The notes under the pieces were generated by a model. It searched no databases and was not told the origin of the DNA. It saw only the letters and a program-made list of their open reading frames with translations. From positions 7,484-71,483 of the forward strand of contig CAXTAO010000007.1 of NCBI GenBank assembly GCA_964242625.1: a stretch of 64,000 nt of DNA, given 5' to 3'. Position numbers and translations under genes: made by a program. Within the stretch, counting starts at the first letter, position 1, and each line of letters opens with the position of its first letter. The stretch comes from an uncultured Caulobacteraceae bacterium. GTDB lineage: Bacteria; Pseudomonadota; Alphaproteobacteria; Caulobacterales; Caulobacteraceae. Positions 36,710 to 45,444 of this stretch are shown here, piece after piece.

Positions 36710-39160
36710 ATGGACGTCCCGAGACGGACCGCGCTGAAGGGGCTGTCGGGCATAGCCGCGGCGGGCGCGCTGCCCGGTCGCGCTGCGGCGGAGCCTTCTG
36801 CGGAGGGAGAGCCCGAAGTCGCCGCGCGTCTCGCTCCCTACGATCCGGTGTGGACGCGACCCAGCCGCGACGCTTCGGAGTCCATGCCCTGCGGAGCGGG
36901 CGACATCGGGCTGAACGTCTGGGTGGAGGGGGAGGACCTCCTCGTCTACGTGGCGCGGAGCGGCGCGTTCGACGAGACCAACAGCTACCTGAAGCTAGGC
37001 CGGCTGCGGCTCACGCTCGATCCGTCTCCGTTCAAGGCGGGGACTCCGTTCCGCCAGGCCCTGAGCCTCTCCACGGGCGAGCTCGAGGTGTCGTGCGACG
37101 GCGTGACCATAACCCTGTGGGCCGACGTCGAGGCGCCCGTGGTCTTTGCGACGGTGGAGGCCGCCCATCCCGTCGCGCTCGTCGCCGCCTTCGAGAGCTG
37201 GCGGACGCGCGACCGCGACTACCTGCCCGCCGAGAGCTCGATGCATCGCGCCTACGAGGGCGCGCCGGAGACGCCGCGCCAGTACGCCGACGAGGTGAGC
37301 TTCGATGAGGGTGGCGTCCTGAGCGTCCACCGCAACCGCGACGGCGGGACCGTCTTCGACCTCCTCGTCCGCCAGCAGGGGCTGGAGGCGGTCAAGCCGG
37401 ACATTTGGAACCCGTTGGAGGGGCTGACCTTCGGCGCGCTCCTCGTCGGTCGGGGGATGACCGCCGCGGGCCAGACGCACGGGCGCTACGCCTCCACCGA
37501 CTATGTCGCGTGGCGGCTCGCGGCCGACCGTCCGCGACGCCGCCACGAGCTCCGACTGCACACCCACATCGCCCAGGCCCCCAGCCGCGCGGCCTGGCTG
37601 GACGCGCTGCGCCGGCAGGTCGCCACGGCCCCGGGCGTCGAGCGGTCGCGCACGCGCAGCCGCCGGTGGTGGCGCGACTTCTGGGCGCGCAGCTTCATCG
37701 TGATCGAGCCCGGGGCGGCGCGGCCCGGGAGCCGCCCCTGGCGGCTCGGGCGCAACTACCAGCTGTTCCGCCACCAGCTCGCCACCAACGCCCGGGGAAG
37801 CTGGCCCACCAAGTTCAACGGCGGCAACTTCACCTTCGACCCGCAGTTCGTCGATCCCAAGCTCCAACTCACGCCGGACTATCGCGCCTGGGGCGGTGGC
37901 GAGTTCACCGCGCAGAACCAGCGCCTCGTGCACTGGCCGATGCTGAAGAGCGGCGACGCCGACCTCCTGCAGCCGCAGCTCGACTTCTATCGTCGGCTGC
38001 AGCCCACCGCCGAACTGCGGACGCGGACCTACTGGGGGCATGAAGGCGCCTGCTTCGTCGAGCAGATCGAGAACTTCGGCCTGTGCTGCGGCCAGGAATA
38101 CGGTTGGCGCCGCACCTGGGAGAGCTCCGTCCTCAAGCTGCCGGGCGTCGAGGACAGCGCGTTCGTCAGCTATCTCTGGGACACGGTGCTCGAGATCTGC
38201 CTGATGATGCTCGAGGTGGGCCGCTTCACCGGCGCCGACGTCTCGTCCGACGTCGGCTTCGTGGACAGCTGCCTCACCTTCTTCGACGCCCATTACCGCG
38301 CCGAACAGCGGCGCATCGCGGGTCGCGAACTCGACGCGGAGGGTAAGCTCGTCTTCTACCCGGGGACGGCCTGCGAGACCTATAAGACCGCGCTGAACTC
38401 GGCGGTGACCATCGCGGGGCTGGACGCGGTGATCGGGGCCCTCCTCACCACGCCCGAGGCGCGCCTCGACCCCTCTCGCCGCGCACGCTTCTCAGCCATG
38501 CGGGCCACCCTTCCGCCCCTGCCGATCCGCGAGCGAGAGGGGCGCCGCACGCTGGCCCCCGCGGCGCTCTGGGACCGGATCCAGAACGTCGAGATTCCGC
38601 AGCTCTACCCCGTCTTCCCCTATGGGCGCTTCGGCGTGGGCCGCCCCGACCTGCAGCTGGCGATCGATACCTGGCGCCACGGCGTGGACACCCCCGAGCA
38701 GCGCAACACGATCAGCTGGCATCAGGACCCGATCTGCTGCGCGCGCCTGGGCCTGACCGAGGAGGCGGCCGAGCTCACCGCGCGCAAGCTCGACGACTCG
38801 GGGCGGCGCTATCCCACCTTCTGGGGCCCCGGCCACGATTGGGCGCCGGACCACAATTGGGGCGGCTCCGGCATGGTCGCGCTGCAGGAGATGCTGATGC
38901 AGACGCCCGGCGACGCCATCCACCTGTTTCCAGCCTGGCCGGCCGAGTGGGACGTCGACTTCCGCCTCCATGCGCCACGCTCCACCCGGGTCGATGCGTC
39001 GCTGAGGGGAGGTCGGCTCACGCGCCTCGACGTCACCCCGGCCGACATGCGGGGGCGGGTCGTCCTGCCGGCGTGGCTGCGCGCGCCCGCCCATCCTGGC
39101 GATGCAGGCCGCAAGGAGACATCGGCCGCCGAGGGCGAAGCTTCCGCTAAGGGCGATTGA
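36710..39160 (+). CDS. Large Tat-exported protein, probable glycoside hydrolase (DUF5703-like N-terminus)
   Basis: I prefer the internal ATG at 36710. Twin-arginine leader MDVPRRTALKGLSGIAAAGALP. The N-terminal motif CGAGDIGLNVWVEGEDLLVYVARSGAFDE matches my recollection of DUF5703 proteins. Embedded in a carbohydrate-active gene cluster. Confidence 0.6.
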   Translation: MDVPRRTALKGLSGIAAAGALPGRAAAEPSAEGEPEVAARLAPYDPVWTRPSRDASESMPCGAGDIGLNVWVEGEDLLVYVARSGAFDETNSYLKLGRLRLTLDPSPFKAGTPFRQALSLSTGELEVSCDGVTITLWADVEAPVVFATVEAAHPVALVAAFESWRTRDRDYLPAESSMHRAYEGAPETPRQYADEVSFDEGGVLSVHRNRDGGTVFDLLVRQQGLEAVKPDIWNPLEGLTFGALLVGRGMTAAGQTHGRYASTDYVAWRLAADRPRRRHELRLHTHIAQAPSRAAWLDALRRQVATAPGVERSRTRSRRWWRDFWARSFIVIEPGAARPGSRPWRLGRNYQLFRHQLATNARGSWPTKFNGGNFTFDPQFVDPKLQLTPDYRAWGGGEFTAQNQRLVHWPMLKSGDADLLQPQLDFYRRLQPTAELRTRTYWGHEGACFVEQIENFGLCCGQEYGWRRTWESSVLKLPGVEDSAFVSYLWDTVLEICLMMLEVGRFTGADVSSDVGFVDSCLTFFDAHYRAEQRRIAGRELDAEGKLVFYPGTACETYKTALNSAVTIAGLDAVIGALLTTPEARLDPSRRARFSAMRATLPPLPIREREGRRTLAPAALWDRIQNVEIPQLYPVFPYGRFGVGRPDLQLAIDTWRHGVDTPEQRNTISWHQDPICCARLGLTEEAAELTARKLDDSGRRYPTFWGPGHDWAPDHNWGGSGMVALQEMLMQTPGDAIHLFPAWPAEWDVDFRLHAPRSTRVDASLRGGRLTRLDVTPADMRGRVVLPAWLRAPAHPGDAGRKETSAAEGEASAKGD

Positions 39161-40628
39161 AGGTCCAGCGGCCAGCGTCGGTGTCGGCTGCGAAGGGCGC
39201 AAGCGCCAGGGTGCTGGCGCCGATCGCCGTCAGCGCGAGCGGGCACTGCACGCCGTGGGCCGGCTTGGGCGCGATGCGGTAGGCGCCGTCGGTGAGCTGG
39301 TCCACTCGCCACAGCTGTTCGGGCGCCCCGGTGAACGCCGGCGTGGTCTCGACCTTGCCGTCGGCCGTCCAGGCGAGGGCGCGCTCGGTCCCCGCGATCG
39401 TGATCTTGACGTAGGGCGCCCCCATCACGCCTCCGGCGGCGGGGAGGGACGTCACCGTCCACTTTTGGTGGGGGCGCACGATGTACTCGCCGAGGTCCAC
39501 GCCGACGGCGCCTTTGGGCCAGGTGACGGCGGCCTGCGCCAGCGTCTGCGCCGCTACGGGGCTGACGGGCTCGTCGGGCGAGGCGCGGAAGCTACGTCGC
39601 GCATCGAAGGCCATCCGCACGGGATCCACCGCCAGCTCCAGCGCGCCGCCGCTGCGCTCCGACTGGATCTCGTACGTCCCCGCAGGCACGTTTTCTCCCG
39701 CCACGGGCCAGCCGTCCTTCCACACGAGCGGCTGGATCGCCAGGACGCTGCGTCCGCTGCGGTCGAGGTCGGCCTCGTAGTGCAGGGACATCTTCTCCAC
39801 GCCGGCGCCGAGATCGATCAGGCCGAAGTGTCCCGCGCCGATCTGGCGCCCGCGGGAGCTGGCCACCACCTTGCCGCCGCCCTTGAGCAGAGGGACGCCC
39901 ATGTTGTCGACGTAGGGTCCGAGGACGTTGCGCGAGCGGCCCACGCGTATGTTGTAGGAGGAATTGGGGCCGTCGCAGCACGTGCCGTGGGTGCCGAGGA
40001 GGTAGTACCAGCCGTCCCGGATCATGAGGGCCGAGGCCTCCATGTCGATGGCCACGTTCACCGGCCGGTTGCCGGCCAGGCGGGCGCCTGTGCTGGGGTC
40101 GAGCTCCACCATGCGGATGAACCCGAAGTAGGTGCCGTAGCTCAGCCAGAGCCGTCCACCCGCCAGCAGAAAGGCGGGGTCGATCGCGTCGGCGTCCTCC
40201 ACTCCGTCCGTGCTGGCCACCGCGCCGACGTCGTGGAAGCCGAACCGCGGGGAGGCGGGGTCGAGCGCGTGCGTCCACATCACGCGTATCGCCCCGGAAT
40301 GACCGCCCGACAGCCCGCCGCCGCCGAGGGCGTAGGCCACGTAGAAGCGGTCGCCGATGTGGATCACGTCGGGAGCCAGGCCGCCGCCCGGGCGGACCGC
40401 GCCGGCGCCGCTCCACGTCCATCCGTCCTCGGAGACGAGCCCGCCTCGCCCCGTGCCGAAGGTGTAGAACTTGCCGTCCGAGAAGGTCACGGTGGACGGA
40501 TCGTGGATGTAGGGCCGCCCCGCCAGTTGCGCGCTGGCCTCGCCGGCGCTCAGGGCGATCAGGGCGGAGATCAACGTTCCGGCGAACTTGGACATCGAGG
40601 CGGCGCTCCTCACGCGCGTCGGACTCAT
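39147..40628 (-). CDS. GH43 endo-alpha-1,5-L-arabinanase-like hydrolase with a C-terminal ricin-type/CBM-like domain
   Basis: Signal peptide. YIHDPSTVTFSDGKFYTFGTG and AIDPAFLL..GRLWLSYG are five-bladed-propeller GH43 motifs. C-terminus QLWRVDQLTDGAYRI. Start is either the ATG at 40628 (ATGA overlap) or the ATG at 40595 after GAGGAG. Confidence 0.85.
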   Translation of the reverse strand: MSPTRVRSAASMSKFAGTLISALIALSAGEASAQLAGRPYIHDPSTVTFSDGKFYTFGTGRGGLVSEDGWTWSGAGAVRPGGGLAPDVIHIGDRFYVAYALGGGGLSGGHSGAIRVMWTHALDPASPRFGFHDVGAVASTDGVEDADAIDPAFLLAGGRLWLSYGTYFGFIRMVELDPSTGARLAGNRPVNVAIDMEASALMIRDGWYYLLGTHGTCCDGPNSSYNIRVGRSRNVLGPYVDNMGVPLLKGGGKVVASSRGRQIGAGHFGLIDLGAGVEKMSLHYEADLDRSGRSVLAIQPLVWKDGWPVAGENVPAGTYEIQSERSGGALELAVDPVRMAFDARRSFRASPDEPVSPVAAQTLAQAAVTWPKGAVGVDLGEYIVRPHQKWTVTSLPAAGGVMGAPYVKITIAGTERALAWTADGKVETTPAFTGAPEQLWRVDQLTDGAYRIAPKPAHGVQCPLALTAIGASTLALAPFAADTDAGRWTFNRP

Positions 40629-41338
40629 CGCGTCCGCGTGACGAGGTCGGTCACGGGCCGGCCCGCGTCGTCGACGAATCGGGCGCAGAAGTCGCTCAGA
40701 CCAGGGCCGTTGATCACCGCGCCGTAGAGGACGTTGCGCCCCTTGTGCAGCACCACGCGATCGGACACCCCGTCGTCCGCCACCATGCGGCGGTCGCCGT
40801 AGAGGCCCACGACCTCTCGCCCGTTCAGCCACCACATGGAGGCGGAGTTGGAGCCGACCGATAGGCGCACGTCCCTGACTTCTCGCGGACTGTCCACGAC
40901 TGTCGCCGCCCAGAAGATCACCCCATAGACCGGCTTTCCGAGCGACAGCGCGTAATTGTAGAGCTTCACGTCGAACGGCTCGGCGTCCATGGCGCGCCAC
41001 GTCAGCGGCCCGCCCATGTCGACCGTGGCGCCCGTCGCGGGAAGGCGGCCGAGCGGCCCGGGAGTCGCCCCGGCGAAGGCTTGGCGGACGTAGGGGCGCG
41101 TGAAGCCCGCATTGCTCACGTTGGGTCGGCTGATGGGCTCCAGCAGGAGCCAGCGCTTGAGGAAGCCGTCCGGGTCGGTCGCCTTGGGCCCCGGGCCGCT
41201 CGGGCGCAGGTAGGCGGGCGCGCTGGCGTTAGGCGCTTCGGCGGCGTGGCCGCTCGACCCCGACGCTAGCAGGAGTGCGACAAGGCCCGTGGCAACGCCG
41301 GTGTCCAAGGACCCGCGCGCGCGCCGGCTCCGCTGCAT
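40625..41338 (-). CDS. Secreted hypothetical protein (beta-sandwich / galactose-binding-like) in the glycan-utilisation operon
   Basis: I prefer the internal ATG at 41338, with signal peptide LVALLLASGSSGHA. FLKRWLLLEPI...VRLSVGSNSASMWWLNGREV resembles accessory beta-sandwich modules of carbohydrate esterases and hydrolases. Confidence 0.6.
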   Translation of the reverse strand: MQRSRRARGSLDTGVATGLVALLLASGSSGHAAEAPNASAPAYLRPSGPGPKATDPDGFLKRWLLLEPISRPNVSNAGFTRPYVRQAFAGATPGPLGRLPATGATVDMGGPLTWRAMDAEPFDVKLYNYALSLGKPVYGVIFWAATVVDSPREVRDVRLSVGSNSASMWWLNGREVVGLYGDRRMVADDGVSDRVVLHKGRNVLYGAVINGPGLSDFCARFVDDAGRPVTDLVTRTR

Positions 41339-41456
41339 GCAAGGCTCCTCGCCCGAAAGCGCACTCGCTCCACGCGTGCGTCGCCGACGCGGCCACGCGA
41401 CCATAGGACTGGTCGTAAAGTCTGACAATTGCCTGTGCGGGCGGTGGACCCCCGTC

Positions 41457-42569
41457 TCACCGACCGGGCGCGCGCTCCACCAGGCGGGGCACGTCGAGGG
41501 CCGGCAAGGCCTCGTCGTTCCTGTGGAAGTCGAAGAAGGTGGCGTTGTCCCAGCCCGAGCCCTGGCCCCAGGGCGTGCGGCACGGCGTCGAGACCCAGGC
41601 GGGCTCCCAGTACACGAGCCCGTTTCCGCCCGCCGCCTTCACCGTGCGGGCGAGGTCGACGAGGTAGCGCGCCTGCCCCTGCGGGGTCGCGGGATAGCCC
41701 GGCGCGAGCGAGTCCTTGCCGAGGAGGTTCGGCGACGAGTCGGCGTTGTCCAAGGTCCAGGGATAGGCCGTCTCCACCACCATGACGTCCTTGCCGTAGC
41801 GGCGTCGCAGCTCTCCGATCGTCCATGCCAGCTCGGCCGGGCTCTCGTTGGACCACTTGGCGTAATAGCTGAGGCCGATCTGGTCGAAGCCCGTGACGCC
41901 CGCGGCCGCGGCGGCGTCGAACCAGGGCAGGGCGTGCTCGGGCTGGGCGATGTGGACCATCACACGCGGATTGATCGCTGACCGCGCGCCCGCGTCGCGC
42001 ACGGCTCGGATACCCGCGTTGAAGAGTTTGGCGTTGCGGGCCCAGTCGATCGGCTCGCCTTTGCGCGAGCCCACCAGCGCCGAGTTCGTCTCGTTGCCCA
42101 CCTGCACCATGTCGGGCATCAGCCCCCGGGCGTCGAGCGCGCGCAGAGTGTCGAAGGTATAGCGGTAGAGCGCGCGGGCGAGCGCGTCGGGATCGCGGAT
42201 GCCGGCCCAGGCCTTGGGCGCGATCTGCTTCTCCCCGTCGGCCCAGGTGTCGGAATAGTGGAAGTCGAGCAGCACGCCCATGTGCGCGGCGCGCGCGCGG
42301 GCGATCGTCTTCTCGGCGTCGGCGAGCGTACTGTAGCGGCCGTCGGGCGCGTTCCACAGCCGCACGCGGACGAGGTTCGTCCCGTGCTCGGCGAAGAGGG
42401 CGAACGGATCGCGCGGGCGACCGTGCTCGCGGTACACCGCCCCGCAATCCTGCATCTCGTTGACGTAGGAAAGATCGGCGCCGAAATAGAACGCGGGCGC
42501 GGCCGCGACCGCCGGCGCGGCGAGGGCGAGCGCGAGTACGGCGGCGGACGTCGCGGCCAGCGTCGGCAT
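41457..42569 (-). CDS. GH53 arabinogalactan endo-beta-1,4-galactanase
   Basis: Signal peptide. FYFGADLSYVNEM, NLVRVRLWN, LLDFHYSDTWADG and VQVGNE (catalytic Glu) are GH53 hallmarks. Confidence 0.9.
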   Translation of the reverse strand: MPTLAATSAAVLALALAAPAVAAAPAFYFGADLSYVNEMQDCGAVYREHGRPRDPFALFAEHGTNLVRVRLWNAPDGRYSTLADAEKTIARARAAHMGVLLDFHYSDTWADGEKQIAPKAWAGIRDPDALARALYRYTFDTLRALDARGLMPDMVQVGNETNSALVGSRKGEPIDWARNAKLFNAGIRAVRDAGARSAINPRVMVHIAQPEHALPWFDAAAAAGVTGFDQIGLSYYAKWSNESPAELAWTIGELRRRYGKDVMVVETAYPWTLDNADSSPNLLGKDSLAPGYPATPQGQARYLVDLARTVKAAGGNGLVYWEPAWVSTPCRTPWGQGSGWDNATFFDFHRNDEALPALDVPRLVERAPGR

Positions 42570-42570
42570 C

Positions 42571-45372
42571 TCAGCCGCCGATGCCGAACTTGTAGGTCGC
42601 CCCGATCCAGAACCTGCGACCGAACTCTTCGAAGCGACCCTGCTGCGCCTGCGAGGCGTAGTAGAGGATATAGGGCGTGTCGGTGAGGTTGTTGGCCTGG
42701 AACTGCACCTGCAGCCCCTTCAGGCGAGACGTTTCTGGCCAGCTATACGACATCTCGTAATCGACGATGCCCTCGGCCCCGTTGTAGAGGATGCGGTCGG
42801 CATCGCCGGTCTGAGTGGAGAAAGCCGAGCGGTACCGGTAGGCGACGCGCGCTTCGAAGCCGTACTTCGCGTAATAGCCCGAGAGGTTGTAGACGTTCTT
42901 CGACAGTCCGGGAAGCTGGATGGCCCCGATGCTGTTGTCGCCCTCGCTCACGCTGACGCTGCTGTCGGTGTAGGAGTAGTTTCCATAGAAGCCGAAGCCG
43001 CTTAACCAGCCCGGCAGGAAGGTGAAGGCCTGCTGATAGAGGATCTCCACGCCATCGATGCGGCCGCCCTGGCCGTTGACCGGCTGCTGGAAGGTGCCGG
43101 GCGTGAGCACGCCGTTGACCGGCAGGTTCACGTCGGTGACCTGCTGCACGATGAAGGTGTCGAGGTCCTTGTAGAACAGGGAGACCGTCAGTGCGGTGTC
43201 CTTGTTGAAGTAGGTCTCGTAGGTGAGGTCGACTTGGTTGGCGCGGAACGGCTGCAGGGCGGGATTGCCGCCGTAGGCGCTGGGCGGACTGCCGGTCGCG
43301 TACACGGCGTAGCCGGCGTTCAGCGAGTCCAGGGGCGCCCGCGCGATGGCCTTGCTCACCGCGAAGCGGATCTGCTGGCGGTCGTCGAGATGCAGGGTCG
43401 CGTTCAGCTCCGGCAGGACGTCGGTGAAGTCGTTGTGGTAGACGATGCCGACCGGTACTTCGACGCCGCCCGTGGAGGCGTCCTGCTGTATCTGGGTGCC
43501 GCGCGAGGTCTCCTCGGTGCGGATGACGCGCACGCCGGCGTTGCCGGTCAGTTCGAGCCCGAACAGGTCGCCGCGGAACTCGCCCTGGACGTAGCCCGCA
43601 TAGGTCTTCTCGCCCACGTCCCAGCTCGATCGCTCGTCGTCCACCGACTCCTGCGGGTTGACGCCGCCGAAGATCGAGTTCGCGGCGCCGAAGACGTCGA
43701 TCGCCTGCGACTGCGGCAGTCCTGAAAAGTCTCCCGAGAAGCTGACCGGCGACAGCAAGAGCGCGCCCGACGCCGCCGCGTCGGCCGACGCGTATTGCGT
43801 CCGTTGGATGAAGCTCTTGTCGCGCGAGGTGGTGCGGAAGCCGACGTCCACGGTTTTCAGCCAACCGAGATTGGCGTCGTAGGCGCCTTCCAGCCGTCCC
43901 GAGTAGAGCTCGTCCTGGATCAGCGGCGCGCCTCCGCCATTGGACGGCACCTCGAGGTTGGTGAGGAGGTTCTGGAGCGGGTCCGTCAGCGACTGGTTGA
44001 AGCTGAAACTGGAGGGTGCGCCGGGGTTGGTGGCGTAGTTGACCACCACGCCGCCCGTCTTCTGCGACCCGTCGGGGTTGGAGGCTTCGGTGTAGATGTT
44101 TAGGAACAGCGCGTCGCGCCGCGTCCACGAGTAGCCGAAGTCGGCGGACGTGCGCCAGCGGTCGCCCTTCCAGGCGGCGTTCAATCCGCCGGCGTAGAGA
44201 ATGTCGTCGAAGCTGTAGTACTGGTTGTTGTTCTCGAGCTGGATGCCGTTAAACCCGGCGTTCGTGTTGACGGCCGTCGCCGCCGTCGCGCCGCCGTCCT
44301 GGACGGTGACGTTCGAGAAGGTGTTGCCGAAGGGCAGCGTCTGCACGGAGAAGCCGCGCTGGTATTCGGCGTACTTCACCCGCGAGTAGAACAGGTCGCC
44401 CACCAGCGAGAACTGGCTGTTCGGCTGCCACTGCACGGTCCCGACCGCCGCCTGGCGGTGGTCGCGTCCGCTCCGCTCCAACGCCTCGAAGCCGTAGGGC
44501 ACGTCGTCGTTACCCACACCGTCGCCGTTCAGGTCGGCGAAGCTGTTGGTGTAGCGGTAGGTGTTCGTACGCACGGTCGCCACCGGTTCGTCGCGCGCCG
44601 AGGCCCCCAGGGCCACGCCCAGGGTGCGGTTGAGGAACTGGCCGACGTAGGAGACGCTGCCGATGATCCCGTCCGAGTGCGTGTCCCGCACGTCGTCGGC
44701 GAGGTCGTTGTATTCCTCGCGGGCGTTCACCACGATCTGCGCCGACTTGTAGTCCAGCGGTTTGATGGTCCGCAGGTCGATCTGGCCCGCGATCGCTCCC
44801 TCCACCTGGGCGGCGGTGGGCGACTTGTAGACGGAAGCTCCGGTGATCAGCTCGGCGGGGTAGGTCTCGTAGCGGATGTTGCGGTCCGCTTCGGCGGAGA
44901 CGACCTCGCGGCCGTTCAGGAGCGTGTTGGCGAGCTCCGGCGGGAGGCCCCGGATCGAGACCTGGGTGGCGTTGCCGCGGTCGCGGTTTGTGGATAGCCC
45001 GGGCAGGCGCGCCAGGGCCTCGCCGATGCTGACGTCGGGCAGCTTGCCGATGTCCTCGGCGGCCAGATCCTCCTGAATGTTGTCGGCGTTCTTCTTGGCT
45101 TGGATCGCGGTCTGCAGGCTCCGCCGGTAGCCGGTGACCACCACCTCGTTCGGAGCGCCTCCGAGCGGGGCGGCCGCGGGCGTGGGCTGCACGGGCGACG
45201 GCGCGCCGTCGGTCTGAGGCGCGGTGGTCGCGGGCGCGTCCGGCTTCATCACGCCCGGCTGCGGCTGGTCGCTCACAGCGGAGGTCTGGCTTCGCGCGGT
45301 GGACGCGGCGAGCGCGGCGAAAATGGCGAATGCGCTCACGGCGCCCAGGCGGGCGTGCGTTCCGATGGTCAT
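42571..45372 (-). CDS. TonB-dependent receptor (carbohydrate-type)
   Basis: Signal peptide. Plug region EVVVTGYRRSL...EDLAAEDIGKLPDVSIGEALARLPGL...SIRGL. Long beta-barrel ending in ...ATYKF. Confidence 0.92.
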   Translation of the reverse strand: MTIGTHARLGAVSAFAIFAALAASTARSQTSAVSDQPQPGVMKPDAPATTAPQTDGAPSPVQPTPAAAPLGGAPNEVVVTGYRRSLQTAIQAKKNADNIQEDLAAEDIGKLPDVSIGEALARLPGLSTNRDRGNATQVSIRGLPPELANTLLNGREVVSAEADRNIRYETYPAELITGASVYKSPTAAQVEGAIAGQIDLRTIKPLDYKSAQIVVNAREEYNDLADDVRDTHSDGIIGSVSYVGQFLNRTLGVALGASARDEPVATVRTNTYRYTNSFADLNGDGVGNDDVPYGFEALERSGRDHRQAAVGTVQWQPNSQFSLVGDLFYSRVKYAEYQRGFSVQTLPFGNTFSNVTVQDGGATAATAVNTNAGFNGIQLENNNQYYSFDDILYAGGLNAAWKGDRWRTSADFGYSWTRRDALFLNIYTEASNPDGSQKTGGVVVNYATNPGAPSSFSFNQSLTDPLQNLLTNLEVPSNGGGAPLIQDELYSGRLEGAYDANLGWLKTVDVGFRTTSRDKSFIQRTQYASADAAASGALLLSPVSFSGDFSGLPQSQAIDVFGAANSIFGGVNPQESVDDERSSWDVGEKTYAGYVQGEFRGDLFGLELTGNAGVRVIRTEETSRGTQIQQDASTGGVEVPVGIVYHNDFTDVLPELNATLHLDDRQQIRFAVSKAIARAPLDSLNAGYAVYATGSPPSAYGGNPALQPFRANQVDLTYETYFNKDTALTVSLFYKDLDTFIVQQVTDVNLPVNGVLTPGTFQQPVNGQGGRIDGVEILYQQAFTFLPGWLSGFGFYGNYSYTDSSVSVSEGDNSIGAIQLPGLSKNVYNLSGYYAKYGFEARVAYRYRSAFSTQTGDADRILYNGAEGIVDYEMSYSWPETSRLKGLQVQFQANNLTDTPYILYYASQAQQGRFEEFGRRFWIGATYKFGIGG

Positions 45373-45444
45373 GCTTCCAACCCTGGCGAGCCGCTCTTCA
45401 TACAGGCGACTTCACGCGCTTTGTCATACTTAGTTAACGGGTCG

